Source: Chrysemys picta bellii (Eukaryota). From it: a stretch of DNA of 64,000 bases. Within the stretch, counting starts at the first letter, position 1, and every line of letters starts with the position of its first letter. The position numbers and the translations under genes were made by a program. Positions 37,956-49,300 of this stretch are shown in pieces. The DNA is taken from the NCBI RefSeq assembly GCF_011386835.1, contig NC_088797.1, positions 5,270,001 to 5,334,000 on the forward strand, given 5' to 3'. The notes beneath the pieces were generated by a model, which was given only the letters and a program-made list of their open reading frames with translations, had not been told where the DNA came from and did no database searches.

Positions 37956-38415
37956 AAGAACAACGAGGAGTCCTTGTGGCACCTTAGAGACTAACAAATT
38001 TATTTGGGCATAAGCTTTCGTGGGCTAAAACCCACTTCATCAAATGCATGGAGTGAAAAATACAGTAAGCCGTGTATGTATATACAGCACATGAAAGATG
38101 GGAGTTGCCTTACCAAGTGCGGGGGTCAGTGCTAATAGTGTTAACCCCTTCCTGTCAACTGTTGAGAATAGGCCACTTCCACCTTAATTGAATTGGCCTT
38201 GTTAGCACTGACCCCCCACTTGGTAAGGCAACTCCCATCTTTCATATGCTGTGTATATATACACTGCTTACTGTATTTTTCACTCCATGCATCTGATGAA
38301 GTGGGTTTTAGCCCACGAAAGCTTATGCCCAAATAAATTTGTTAGTCTCTAAAGTGCCACAAGGACTCCTCGTTGTTTTTGCTGAGACAGACTAACACGG
38401 CTACCATTCTGGAAC
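37956..38415 (+). mobile_element. Penelope-like fold-back element, longest copy
   Basis: About 180-bp near-identical inverted arms (37956-38135 / 38202-38380) plus family tail; flanks ttatctccaaga / ttagctccaaga (imperfect TSD). Confidence 0.85.
38289..38328 (+). ncRNA. Minimal type I hammerhead-ribozyme-like motif
   Basis: GCAU CUGAUGA A GUGGG uuuuag CCCAC GAAA GCU U AUGC: stem I GCAU/AUGC, core, stem II, GAAA, palindromic AGCU stem III. One extra A follows the core. Activity untested. Confidence 0.65.
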
Positions 38416-40383
38416 TTAGCTCCAAGAGAAGCCCAGAAGCAGGAGGGCACAAAGGTGGCTTAAACCCATGTTATCCCCAATCCCTTCCACCTGGGCTGAG
38501 AGCTCAGTGCTGTCTCTCTGAGGCGCATCACAGAATCTCACCGTTTGTACAGTTATTTTATGAAGAAATGTAATATTTATCAGGGAAGGCAGGTATTGGA
38601 AAATAGCTGTTTATTAATCTAGTCTATCCCCTGGTTTATTATGTGTGGTATATTTGCTTGTGCTTTGCCCAGTTTGCATTAATTTAAAATGTCATCATCT
38701 GATGTTTTACTAAATATTTCTCTAATGACATCTCTTAAATTGTTTATGTAAAAGCTAGACTTGGTATTTGCACAAATTATAAAATGCTTGACCCTGATCA
38801 TGTATCAAATTACAAGTGTATTATTAATAGTACATATCTTTTACTGTAATTTCCATTTCTGTATAAGCACCTATGGTTTAGATAGGCACTTAAAATATAA
38901 ACATATGAGAGAAAATTAAATAAAACAGATGAATATAGATGTGATGTATCGCAGTCATACTCAATCCATATTTGATTTATCCACATCTGTGTATACAAGG
39001 GATTTCAGTAGCAGCCATTGCATGGGGAATTTGTTTTATATCATTTTAATCTAAAATTCAGATACATGTTTTAAAAAGTTAAAAATTTATTTATTTTTTA
39101 AAGAAAACATGCCTGCATTTAAAAGTATCGTATCTTATTACAAATGTAGGCCCCAATTCTGGCAGCTGATCTGTGTAGAGCCCTATTGAGTTTAAGTTTC
39201 TGAAAGAGTGCAGGGATCTGCCCATGTAGATCATCTTGCAGGATCATGGCCATATTCATTCCCACAGAAAAGGGTTACATGGTATAAAATCAGTTTTAAA
39301 TTCTTGCATAATTCAGATTTCTTGAATGACCAGAATGTATTAGTCCTGTAAAATATATGAAATATGTGAATATCCATGACGCATGTTAATGTTTAAAATA
39401 TGTAACACTATTGTCAATGTCAAATTAATAATTATGTTGCATTTACTTATATTTTAATATTTGCATATAAATGTACACATTTATTTTAGTGTTCTTTAAG
39501 GTAAGAAAACAACATTTAACCATTTAAATGATGTATAATCTTTTTTTGAAAATGTTACTGATTGCTTTATGCCACATATTGTTAGGAGACTGCATTTATC
39601 TACTTAGTTTGATTTTTTTGAACAACTGAATAATTGGGTAATACTTGACAGGTTTCATTTTTAAATGTAATACTTTATTCACTGCATTCAGAAATTACTG
39701 GTAAGTGTTTAAACATTAAGCAATACTCTTAAGGAACTGGTTTTCATAAACATTGCAGAAACTAATTTTACTTGAAAAGACTGAAAGTATGTGTGTTATC
39801 ATTGAAATACACATACACACTGACATACTCTTATCTCTTTCTCCCTCTTATGCCTGTTACACAGATCTCTGGTACCAGATGGCTGGAATATAATGCACTG
39901 TTAAACAAATAAGACCATTAGACACATTATACTGCCTGGTAAATGACTGTGCATTTAAAATGGTTACAAAATTTTAAGTAGAAAACAACCTTCATTTTAG
40001 AGTTTGTTTAAAGAAAGTGGGATAGAACTTAAACTACTCTCTGAATAGCTTACGTTTACTATGTCATCAAAATATAATGATTTTCTGTTGTCCTTTTGAA
40101 GATGGCATGAAATAATCACTCCTACATCAGATTGCTGGTAGAGCTCTACAAGCAACAGTCAGTTTGATTTTTATACTTAGCTTTGAAGAAAAATATGTGG
40201 TGTTTGTAATATTTCAACACTAACCTAACTATTGTACTTTATGTTCTTTTTTCTCACTTTCCGAATGTATTGAAATGAGCTATAAATGATAGTACAGTGA
40301 TAGCATCATATGGTCCTCTAACACAGTTGTTTTTCAGTCATTGTAAGCAGCTGAGAGATATGCCCTTTGTCTTTTTGTTTTAG

Positions 40384-40488
40384 ATATGCCAATATTTGGT
40401 CTTTGCCCGGCTCATGATGATTTCTATTTGGTGATGTGTAACCACTGTAATCAGGTCGTAAAACCACAGGCATTTCAATCACATTATG
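40384..40488 (+). CDS. ATXN7: Ataxin-7, third coding exon (105 nt, phase 1-1), N-terminal zinc finger
   Basis: Acceptor ctttgtctttttgttttag; donor G|gtaagt at 40489. Encodes (D)[34 protein letters not shown], nearly identical to recalled human [35 protein letters not shown]. Confidence 0.97.
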
Positions 40489-41335
40489 GTAAGTGCTTAA
40501 CCATTTTTAATAATTAAGGGTGAGGTTAAATCAGGATTAAGCCTGGCAATTTTTGATTATCCGTCTTTGTGATCTTTAAAGCTGATGGTGCACACAGTAT
40601 TATAATGTAAATACAGTATAAGAAGGTAACCTGTGTTCATTGCAAAATGTTTTAACTATTTAAAAAATAACGTTCATGAATGCAAAAGGATGGTCCTTGT
40701 TGAGATTAGTAAAGTATTTCAATGTTCCCCCCTTTAAGTACTACATCAGCGTTGTCCCATTTTGAAATGGTGTGTGTGTGTGTATGTATGTTTCTTAATA
40801 TCTGAAGACTTTTAAATGTTTTTAAATGTCATACAATTGCAGTTGAGCTAAAAACTAAAATTGCAGATTTTGCTATAGAGCAAACATGGTGCACTTGAAA
40901 GTAGTAAACTTATTTATTTGAAAAAGTATCAATTGTTGTTTGTTTTAATGGTCATATGAAGTTTTTGTGTATAAACTATGCTAGAAGTGTGTGGGTAACA
41001 TCAACCAACACAGTATTTGTACAGCACCAAGAAAACCTAAAGTGCTATACAGTTCAAGTATTCAGTAGTTTCATATAAAATATTCAATGGGTGAAGGGTG
41101 GATAGTTTTTCAGACCCTTTCCTCTGCCCCTCTCCAGAGTGGTAGACAATTTTAAAGGGTTGGAGGATTTTGTTTGGGACCATTTGGTATTCATTTTTGG
41201 ATATGCAGGGCTAAAGAAATTTAGCAGACTTTTTCTAAACGTGCTAATACAAAAGATGGTGAGAACCCCAGTATATCTTCACCTCCACTTCCTTCTTCCC
41301 AAACACACAGGATGTGTAGGTGTGTGCGCATATGC

Positions 41336-42343
41336 TACTCTTGAGGGAATTCTGCACCAAAAAATTTAATGTTCTGCGAACAAGGTTTTAAAAATCTGCA
41401 AAAATCTGAATATTTTATTTGTCAAAATAACACCATATGATCACACCATTTTCAATTATTTGCTGAAAAGTATTTTGAAATAAATTACCAAAATAATTGA
41501 AAATGGTGTGATTATATTTTTGTTGTGTTTCTGTGTTGTTTTGACAATTAAATTATGCAGAACTTTGCAGAATTGATTTTTTTTTAATTTTTTGGTGAAA
41601 AATTCCCTTGAGTTCCAGGGTTCTGTGTGGCAACAATCTGGGTGCAGGCAGCTCGGTGTGGGGTCTGGGTGCAGGGGGGAATCTGGATTCACAAGGTCTT
41701 GGGGTGGGGTTCTGGGTACAGGGGAAATGGGACTCTGCGGGGGAGTCCAGGTGAAGGTGGTTAGGGCTCAGTGGGGAGGAGGCTGGGGGAGTGGGGCTCG
41801 GTGGCGGGGGAGGGTCAGGGTGCAGCTGGTTGGGGCTCAACAGGGTAGGGGTCCGGGGTGGAGAGCTCATGATGCAGGGTGGGGGGTTGGGAGCTCAGTG
41901 TGGGTGTTCTGGGTGCAGGGGGCCCCTGATGCAGAGGGGGTTCTATGCGGGAGGGGGAATCTCTGTACAAAGGATCTGCTCCCCCTGTCCACCCAAACTC
42001 CGGGCATCTTGACCTGGAAAGCCTTCCCCCACCCCCGGGGCACAGTTTCCTGCAGCCAGGGGAAGTTTCTGGGGCTTGGATCTGACCCAGCTCCGGCTGC
42101 TCCGTGCTCCAACTGGGACTAATGTCCTTGGATGGCCAGGGAATCCCCCCTCCCCCAGTGATTTACCTCCCCCCCAGCTGCTCGAACAGACACCTCTGAG
42201 CTGCAGGGAAGGGGTGAGTGGGTACTGGTGCAGCTTCTCTTTGCTTCCCCGCAGAAACCATTTTCTGCAAGGAAGTAAAGGGAATCTGCGGGAGGGCAGG
42301 GGTTTCTGCTGTGCCGCAGTTGCACAGAATTCCCACAGGAGTA
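41336..42343. mobile_element. TIR DNA element with G-rich interior
   Basis: TIRs tactcttgagggaattctgc / gcacagaattcccacaggagta; 6-bp direct repeat atatgc (41330-41335, 42344-42349). Confidence 0.85.
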
Positions 42344-42392
42344 ATATGCATGCCCATGTGCACACATCCCTAAAACCCTTTCTGCGCTGAAG

Positions 42393-43124
42393 GATAGAAT
42401 CATCGAACTGGAAGGGACCTTTTATAGGTCTTGTAGTCCAGCCCCCTGGACTCAAGGAAGGACTAAGTGTTATCTAGACCATCCTTGACAAGTGTTTGTC
42501 TAACCTGCTCTTAAAAGTCTCCAATGTCAGGGATTCCACAACCTCCCTAAACAATTTATTCCAGTGCTTACCCACCCTGGCAGGAAGATTTTCCTAATAT
42601 CCAACCTAACCGCCCTTGCTGCAATTTAAGCCCATTGCTGCTTGTCCTATCCTGAGAGATTAAGAATAATTTTTCTCCCTCATCCTTGTGACACCTTTTA
42701 TGTACTTGAAAACTATTATCATGTCCCCCCTCAGTCTTCTCTTCTTCAGACTAAACAAATGCAATTTTTTCAATCTTCCCTGATAGGTCATGTTTTCTAG
42801 ACCTTTAATCATTTTGTTGCTCTTCTCTGGACTTTCTCCAATTTGTCCACATCCTTCCTGAAATATGGTGCCCAGAACTGGACACGATACTCCAGTTGAG
42901 GCCTAATCAGCATGGAGTAGAGTGAAGAATTATTACTTGTGTCTGGCTTACAACACTCCTGCTAATCCATCCCAGAAGGATGTTTGCTTTTTTTGCAACA
43001 GCGTTACACTGTTTAGGGTGTGATCCACTATGACCCCAGATCGCTTTCCTAGGCAGTCATTTCCCATTTTGTACGTGTACAACTGATTGTTCCATCCTAA
43101 GTAGAGTACTTTGCATTTGTCCTT
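42393..43124 (-). mobile_element. CR1 LINE 3' end
   Basis: Starts with the reverse complement of the CR1 tail (atagaatcatcgaactggaagggacc) and continues as reverse-complement CR1 ORF2 C-terminus. Confidence 0.88.
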
Positions 43125-45499
43125 GTACTTGTGTACAGTGTAGGGGGCCTACACTGTGGTGGTTACAGCTGCATATCTGTGGGGCTGTAGCCCCCATAAT
43201 ATAGACAAGCTGTTGGCGATCTCTGTCCGGTTCTTCACAGAAAAGTTTCTACATCATAAAAACCATTGTCATAGTTGTTAGCATGACAACTGTGTTGGCA
43301 TGCTCCGCACACAGTTCAAGAATTGTGTGGGCCTAGAAACTGAATTGCTGTCTCACCCCTAAAGAGTGAATAGATTAGTTGGGTGATGTGTGGAAGCTTG
43401 CATTGCCACTAGCAGCATAGAACTTGTTTTGTGACTAAAAAGTTGGTTTGTTTCCAAGCGTGTTAATTCAGAATCTTGCTTTACATTCACTTTAAAAGAG
43501 AAGGGCTTGCTGTGAAGTAGAATTGTGAAAAACACATTTGGGGTTTTTTTTGTTTTTTTTTTTTTTTTTCATTTTAAAAGAGTGAATTTTTTTTGGTTTT
43601 ATCTTTTTTATTTATTGCATGCAACTGCTCTGGGATCTCCACTAAAAACTAAAGGAACCATGGCAATGGGTTTTACATACCACAAAGACCAGCCATGTGC
43701 TGAAGTATGTGGAACCGTGAACATTAAATTTTTCAGGGCGAAAAAAAAAAAAACCAAAGAAAAAAATGCATCCACTGGAACAGACTTTCAATCCTAGTCA
43801 TCAGTTTCCATCAGTTTAGAGTTGTCATCTGAAACCACGAGAGCTTATAAAAAGATCTGCTAGGGATGGACCGTGAGGAAAGTCCTAGAATCTATGAATC
43901 TATAAAGGAACCCAAGACAAAGCCCAGGATGCCATTAGAGAGCCACAGAGAGGAGATGTTTATACACCACGTTAAATAGAGTAAGATTCTGCAATGACTG
44001 CTGTTGAAGGAAAAGTAAAGTTATGTCTGTGTCAACGGAATTTATTCAAACACAAAGAATGAGGAATCCCAAATTCTCTTCTGAATGTAAAGCATTGTGC
44101 GTTTGAAATATGTTCACCACCATATATTGAAAGCGTAGAAGAAGACACACAGTATAAGCAGTCTACCCAAGGATACATAAAGAAATTGTACGAAGTTTTC
44201 TGTGTGGCCAATAGCATTTTTTCCCCACCCAGGACTTAAACTAATGATCACTGATAGAAACAAATGCATTTCTTCACCCTATTAAAGCAACATTTTTCTT
44301 TCCCCAACAACAACAAGGTATTATGCATGCCAAATATGAAATTGCATTTGGAATTCAATTTTAATGATTATATTTATTCTATAACAAACACCAGTCATAA
44401 CTGGCAAATTACAATTATTAAATATTTTATATATTAGTTTTATTGCCTCAAGAAAAGTAAAATTTAAATTCAGTATTATGATGAATATCCTTTCGCATAA
44501 CAAAGAACAGCCGAAATTTTAAATAGACTTCTATTTTGCTCAAATATTCTATTCTATTTTGCTAAAATATTAAATGTGGTATATTTTGAGTAAAAATTAT
44601 ATTTCAGTTTCTCTAATTGCATGTGGTCTAGAAAATTTTAACATATGAACTAAAAAACTCTTTCAAACTACCTTGTCTTGTAGTTTACCACAAACATGCT
44701 TTGGGAGGAAATTAGCTCATTAAGTTCTGTGAGTAGTTTGTTTACCCTTCCTCTGACAAAAGTGACATTTTGAAAGAGCATATTCTATTGTGGAAACTAA
44801 AAAGCCCACCAGGACAAGCTTCAAAGAACATCAAGTACAAACAACACACAGCACCAAAAGCTATATAGTATTTTAAGAAACTGTCTCTCTAGTAATATTC
44901 CAAAACAACAACAAAAGCACTGGAAAATGTATAAAAAAGCATTACTTCACTGCACTTGTGATTTTTCCCAAACCTGGTGAGACTCCCCTTTTTAAAAAAA
45001 ATCCTGAAATAAAACCACAAATTACAGATTTCATTCAGTAGAAAATTTGATCTTGAAAAATCCAAAGAAAACTATTTTCTTCACTTTTAAACATGAGCTC
45101 AACTCCTCTATCTTGTTACTTAATATACTTTGACAATGTTTACATTTTACTTTATACATTTTTTTGTTTTCATTATTTCTAACATTTCTTCACTTTAGGC
45201 ATGTTGAGTCAGATAAGTACACTGCTGTTTGGTAATCATTAATCACCTGTCTTGTCATACTGATGAGCAGCTTCACATTTATTATGGTTAAAACAAGAAA
45301 CAACCTCCAAATAAACTGAAAATAGCTAAAAGATTAGCTAGCCAGTTTCATACAGAACCACCCCATCGTATGTCCTGCTCACCTTTCTGAAATTACTTAG
45401 CAAACCAAACTCTTTGAATAGTTTACATCTCCATCCAACCTCATTTTCCGCAATCACCAATGACTCCACCCATTTCCTTTCTAAATTTCTAGACAGTTG

Positions 45500-45652
45500 T
45501 ATTAGAGAGACAAGGTGGGTGAAGTAGTATTTTTTTACTGGACTAACTTCTGTTGTCTCTCTCACCAGAAATTGGTCCAATAAAAGATATTACCTTGCCC
45601 ACCTTGTCTCTCTAATATCCTGGGAGCAGCATGGCTACAACTACACCGCATA
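45500..45652 (+). mobile_element. Second Penelope-like fold-back family, short copy
   Basis: Inverted arms tattagagagacaaggtgggtga... / ...cccaccttgtctctctaata plus a tail with catggctac resembling the cacggctac tail of the first family. Confidence 0.55.
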
Positions 45653-45864
45653 AGTAGATAATTTTATAACTTTCTTATTGTTCATAATAGTCCTGACAGA
45701 CATTAACAATAACCTTGACGGCCTCATCACTGCCTTTTTAATTTATGTTAAAGTATCTAGTTCTAATTTACAGATTTAAATTAGAGGCTAATATTTCTTG
45801 TATTTGAAATCTTTTTGATACATGTTATTATGCATACAGTATACATACACAATATGTATGCAGC

Positions 45865-46360
45865 TCAGTGGTGTGAGAAGCAGCATGTTCTTGTGGGTTT
45901 AAACATGGGTTTGCAAAGCAAAGGCTTCCTGCATTCTAATCTTTGCTACTGACTACCTTGGTGCTTTTGGCCAAGTCACTTAACTTCTCTGAGCCTCAGT
46001 TTCTATACCTATAATGGAGGATGATAATGGTTACCTACCTTATAAAAACAACGAGGAGTCCTTGTGGCACCTTAGAGACTAACAAATTTATTTGGGCATA
46101 AGCTTTCGTGGGCTAGAACCCACTTCATCGGACGCATGAAGTGAAAACTACAGGAGCAGGTATAAATATTTTTCACTGCATGCATCTGACGAAGTGGGTT
46201 CTAGCCCACGAAAGCTTATTTCCAAATACATTTGTTAGTCTCTAAGATGCCACAAGGACTCCTCGTTGTTTTTGCTGATACAGACCAACACGGCTTCCCC
46301 TCTGAAACCTGCTACCTTATAAAGTATCATAAGAGCTATGAATGAGACCTGTAATGGCTT
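45865..46360 (+). mobile_element. MIR-like SINE interrupted by a Penelope-like insertion
   Basis: Core ggccaagtcacttaacttctctgagcctcagtttct...ataatggaggatgataat; resumes after 46312. Confidence 0.7.
46044..46311 (+). mobile_element. Penelope-like fold-back element
   Basis: About 104-bp inverted arms (46044-46147 / 46169-46273) plus tail; TSD ctaccttat(aaa) at 46035 and 46312. Confidence 0.85.
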
Positions 46361-49300
46361 TGTCTGTTTTATAGCTTTTTACAACCATTCAATAATTAAA
46401 GGGTTAAATATTGGAAAGAGAAAATGATACCGTATACTGTTCCTGAGTCTTTAGACTGGCATGTCTGGTGCCTCGACTCATTCTCATGGCTCTGGCATGC
46501 AGTGACAAATGAGATTAATGACTCTGTTCAGCTTCACTTCTGCTGTTCTGTGGGCAACAGTAACACTGTTCAGAATGTCAGTTTCACCTTGCTACTCTTT
46601 TGGAAAACTCTGTAGGGAGGACCTGCAGCAGGGAGGACCTAAAAAAAAAGAGAATGTGGAAGGGATAAACTAGTAAAGACCACTTTATCCTCTCTTTGCA
46701 GCTCTAGGGTTGGAGGTAGAATAGCAAAGAACACACCCAACCTTGCCACAGCCAGGAGGAAGAGAAGAGACAGAAAATACCTGCTCCTTTCAGTCCGCAG
46801 AGAGAAGGGGAGCTTCATGTTGTTAGATACCTGTTAGCTAGAGGCTGATATGAAAGATAGAGTCCAAGAACAGCACCAACGCTCTTCCCAGCAGCTGAAA
46901 GCTGTAGATTGGGCTTCTCATCAGGAGTTGCCGTCACCTGATTGTCTCACTACACAGGCTCTTTAGCTTACCTCCCCCTCCTCCACTCACACACTTATTC
47001 AGGTGTTGTATCTGTCTGTGACTAGCAGGTTTTAGTCCTCTGTCTTCTGCCTAGTAGGGGGTCTGGTAAATTTTTAAACTTTTTTTTTTTAACTGGTTTA
47101 GAAATGCTATACCCAACCCGATTTTAATCAAGATAAATGACCCCATTAACTTTTCTTGGATTTGACAGAGATAATTGTAATCAGTGTTGCTATACTTGAC
47201 CCTTGGAATACGTTGTAGAAAGTTGAGGTGTTCACGTAACTTAGTATCTCAGAACCTTCAGCATAACATATGCATTTGGTTGCTTTTCCCACATTATAGC
47301 CTGAACATAAATCTAAGCCTTATTGGTTACTATAAACTAGAACTGACAGCTGACCAAACTGAAAATTTGACATCAATATTTAAGTCATATATACATATTT
47401 TGTTAACTTCTAGGCTTTTTTTAGGGAGAAAGAGTGTTTAAAAAATACACAAAGTCAAAGATGGAGTGTGTTTAATGCAGATGGGAAAGGAATGTTTTGA
47501 ACCTGGCTCCCAAACCATTGCACCTGGGCTTTTTTGTAGAAGATTGCATGAGCTCTTACGTCGTTCGGACGGATGGGTCTTCATTATATTTAGCAATCTA
47601 TTTGGCAGTTGACTAATTTTTCTCAGTAATGAAGTGCCTGCTGGTCATCTAGGACTCTCTTAACTAATGTAAAAATACTTATACAAATAGTAGGAATTTC
47701 AACTGATATCAGTAATCCTAAACCCCTCCTCCTGTAATGGTTTAATAGTCAAAATAAAACTTTCTAGACCCTCTGGTTTTTTACACATGGGCTAGCTATC
47801 TGCCAAGCATATTGTCAAATAGGCACAGGTGGTATATACTCAGTCCAAGTTAATCTCTGTGATTTAGCAAATTATCATTGGCAACTTTAGCAGGTTCCAT
47901 TTAGACATGCAGGCAGTTCTCATACAGTAGTTTCCAGCAGCTGGATTTTAGTTTCTAGGTCCAGTAACAACTAGTTTAATTTCTTCTTGGCAGAGCTATG
48001 TGAAATTCTATACCTTTTGCAAGAATCATTTTGGCATATTCCCAGAAAGGCTCAAAGTTTAGTATGGGATTTATTTCAGAGAAATCTTTCAAGTGACTAT
48101 TTAGTTATTTTTAAATAGAACATCATTAAATAAAAAAGTACTACCACCTGGAAAGAAACTCACTGGAAATAAACCAGAGTTATAGACAGGACTTGAAATG
48201 TATACCCATAACCTATTAGCAAGTTCTATGCCTCCTAGCCAGGATGAAAAATAACAGAGGTCCACATCCCCTGCAGTTTTCCAGAATAAAGTAGTTGTGT
48301 ACTGTGTTTATTTGTAATGTCACAATCGGTTCATATTTAGAAGTGTTTCTTTACACATGTAAGAGCTATAAACTTTGTTAAGTGAAAGCTTTAGTTTTTG
48401 AAGAAGTTGATGAAAGTTTCCTGGTAAAACTGCTTCCCTGTTGTGGGCACATGGCTTTTTCAAGCCCTGAATGTAGGTATAAAGCAATCGTTGGTAGCAG
48501 TATCTGATAAAATACAGTGGTGTTGAATTTCAGACTTAAAAGCCAAGGAAAAGTCATTGTACAGTTTACTGCTTAATCTGTAATTCATATTACTGTATGT
48601 GCTAAAATACTTAAAATGTAAAATTACCATGGTATGCTTTCTTCTCTCTCTGCCTCAGATTGGTTAGTACAAATTGAATTTCATGCTACTCTGTCAGAAC
48701 AGATAGCACGCAATGCAGAAATCACCTAATGATTGAAACACAATGGAGAGAGAATATCTTCTCGTCTATTTGAGAGAACTTGAAGGAGAAATATTTTCAA
48801 ATGAAGGAACTGTGTAAAGATATAAAGTCTTCCAGTGAAAATCCCAATCCTGCACAGTGAGCCTTCTGCTTAAATCCCACGGTTTGGGACTACATGTGGA
48901 TGGATCTCTTTTCAGGGTTGATGTCTAAAAGAGGAAAGTAGGGAGGAAGAAGCGATAGTTAGTATTGGTGGGGAAGACGCAAGAATCATCTTCATCTTCC
49001 TATGGAGAAGCAAATCTTAGGCATGAGGGAGGAATAATTTAACTAAATGCAGCATATTGCTAAACAGAACTGAGGGAGTATCTGGAACAGAAAGGTTAGC
49101 AATTTTAATCAATTAAACCATGGCTATTAAGTGCACATAACTAAAGTCCCACTTGGGAAGTTTTAAGGAGTAATTTGGGATTGTGGGATAAACCCATTAG
49201 TTTTTGTTCTAAAATGATCAGCACTGAAATAGTTAATAATATTGACTTTTAAATCATATTAAGTTTCATCATTTAGATCTCATTAAGATACATGGTTAAG

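Noticed and set aside
40352-40366. Decoy agATATGCC 26 nt upstream of the true acceptor
   Set aside because: No pyrimidine tract before it and its use would frameshift.
15950-46323. Recurrent palindromic repeats as a CRISPR array
   Set aside because: Copies are dispersed kilobases apart with TSDs, in eukaryotic intronic DNA with no cas genes.
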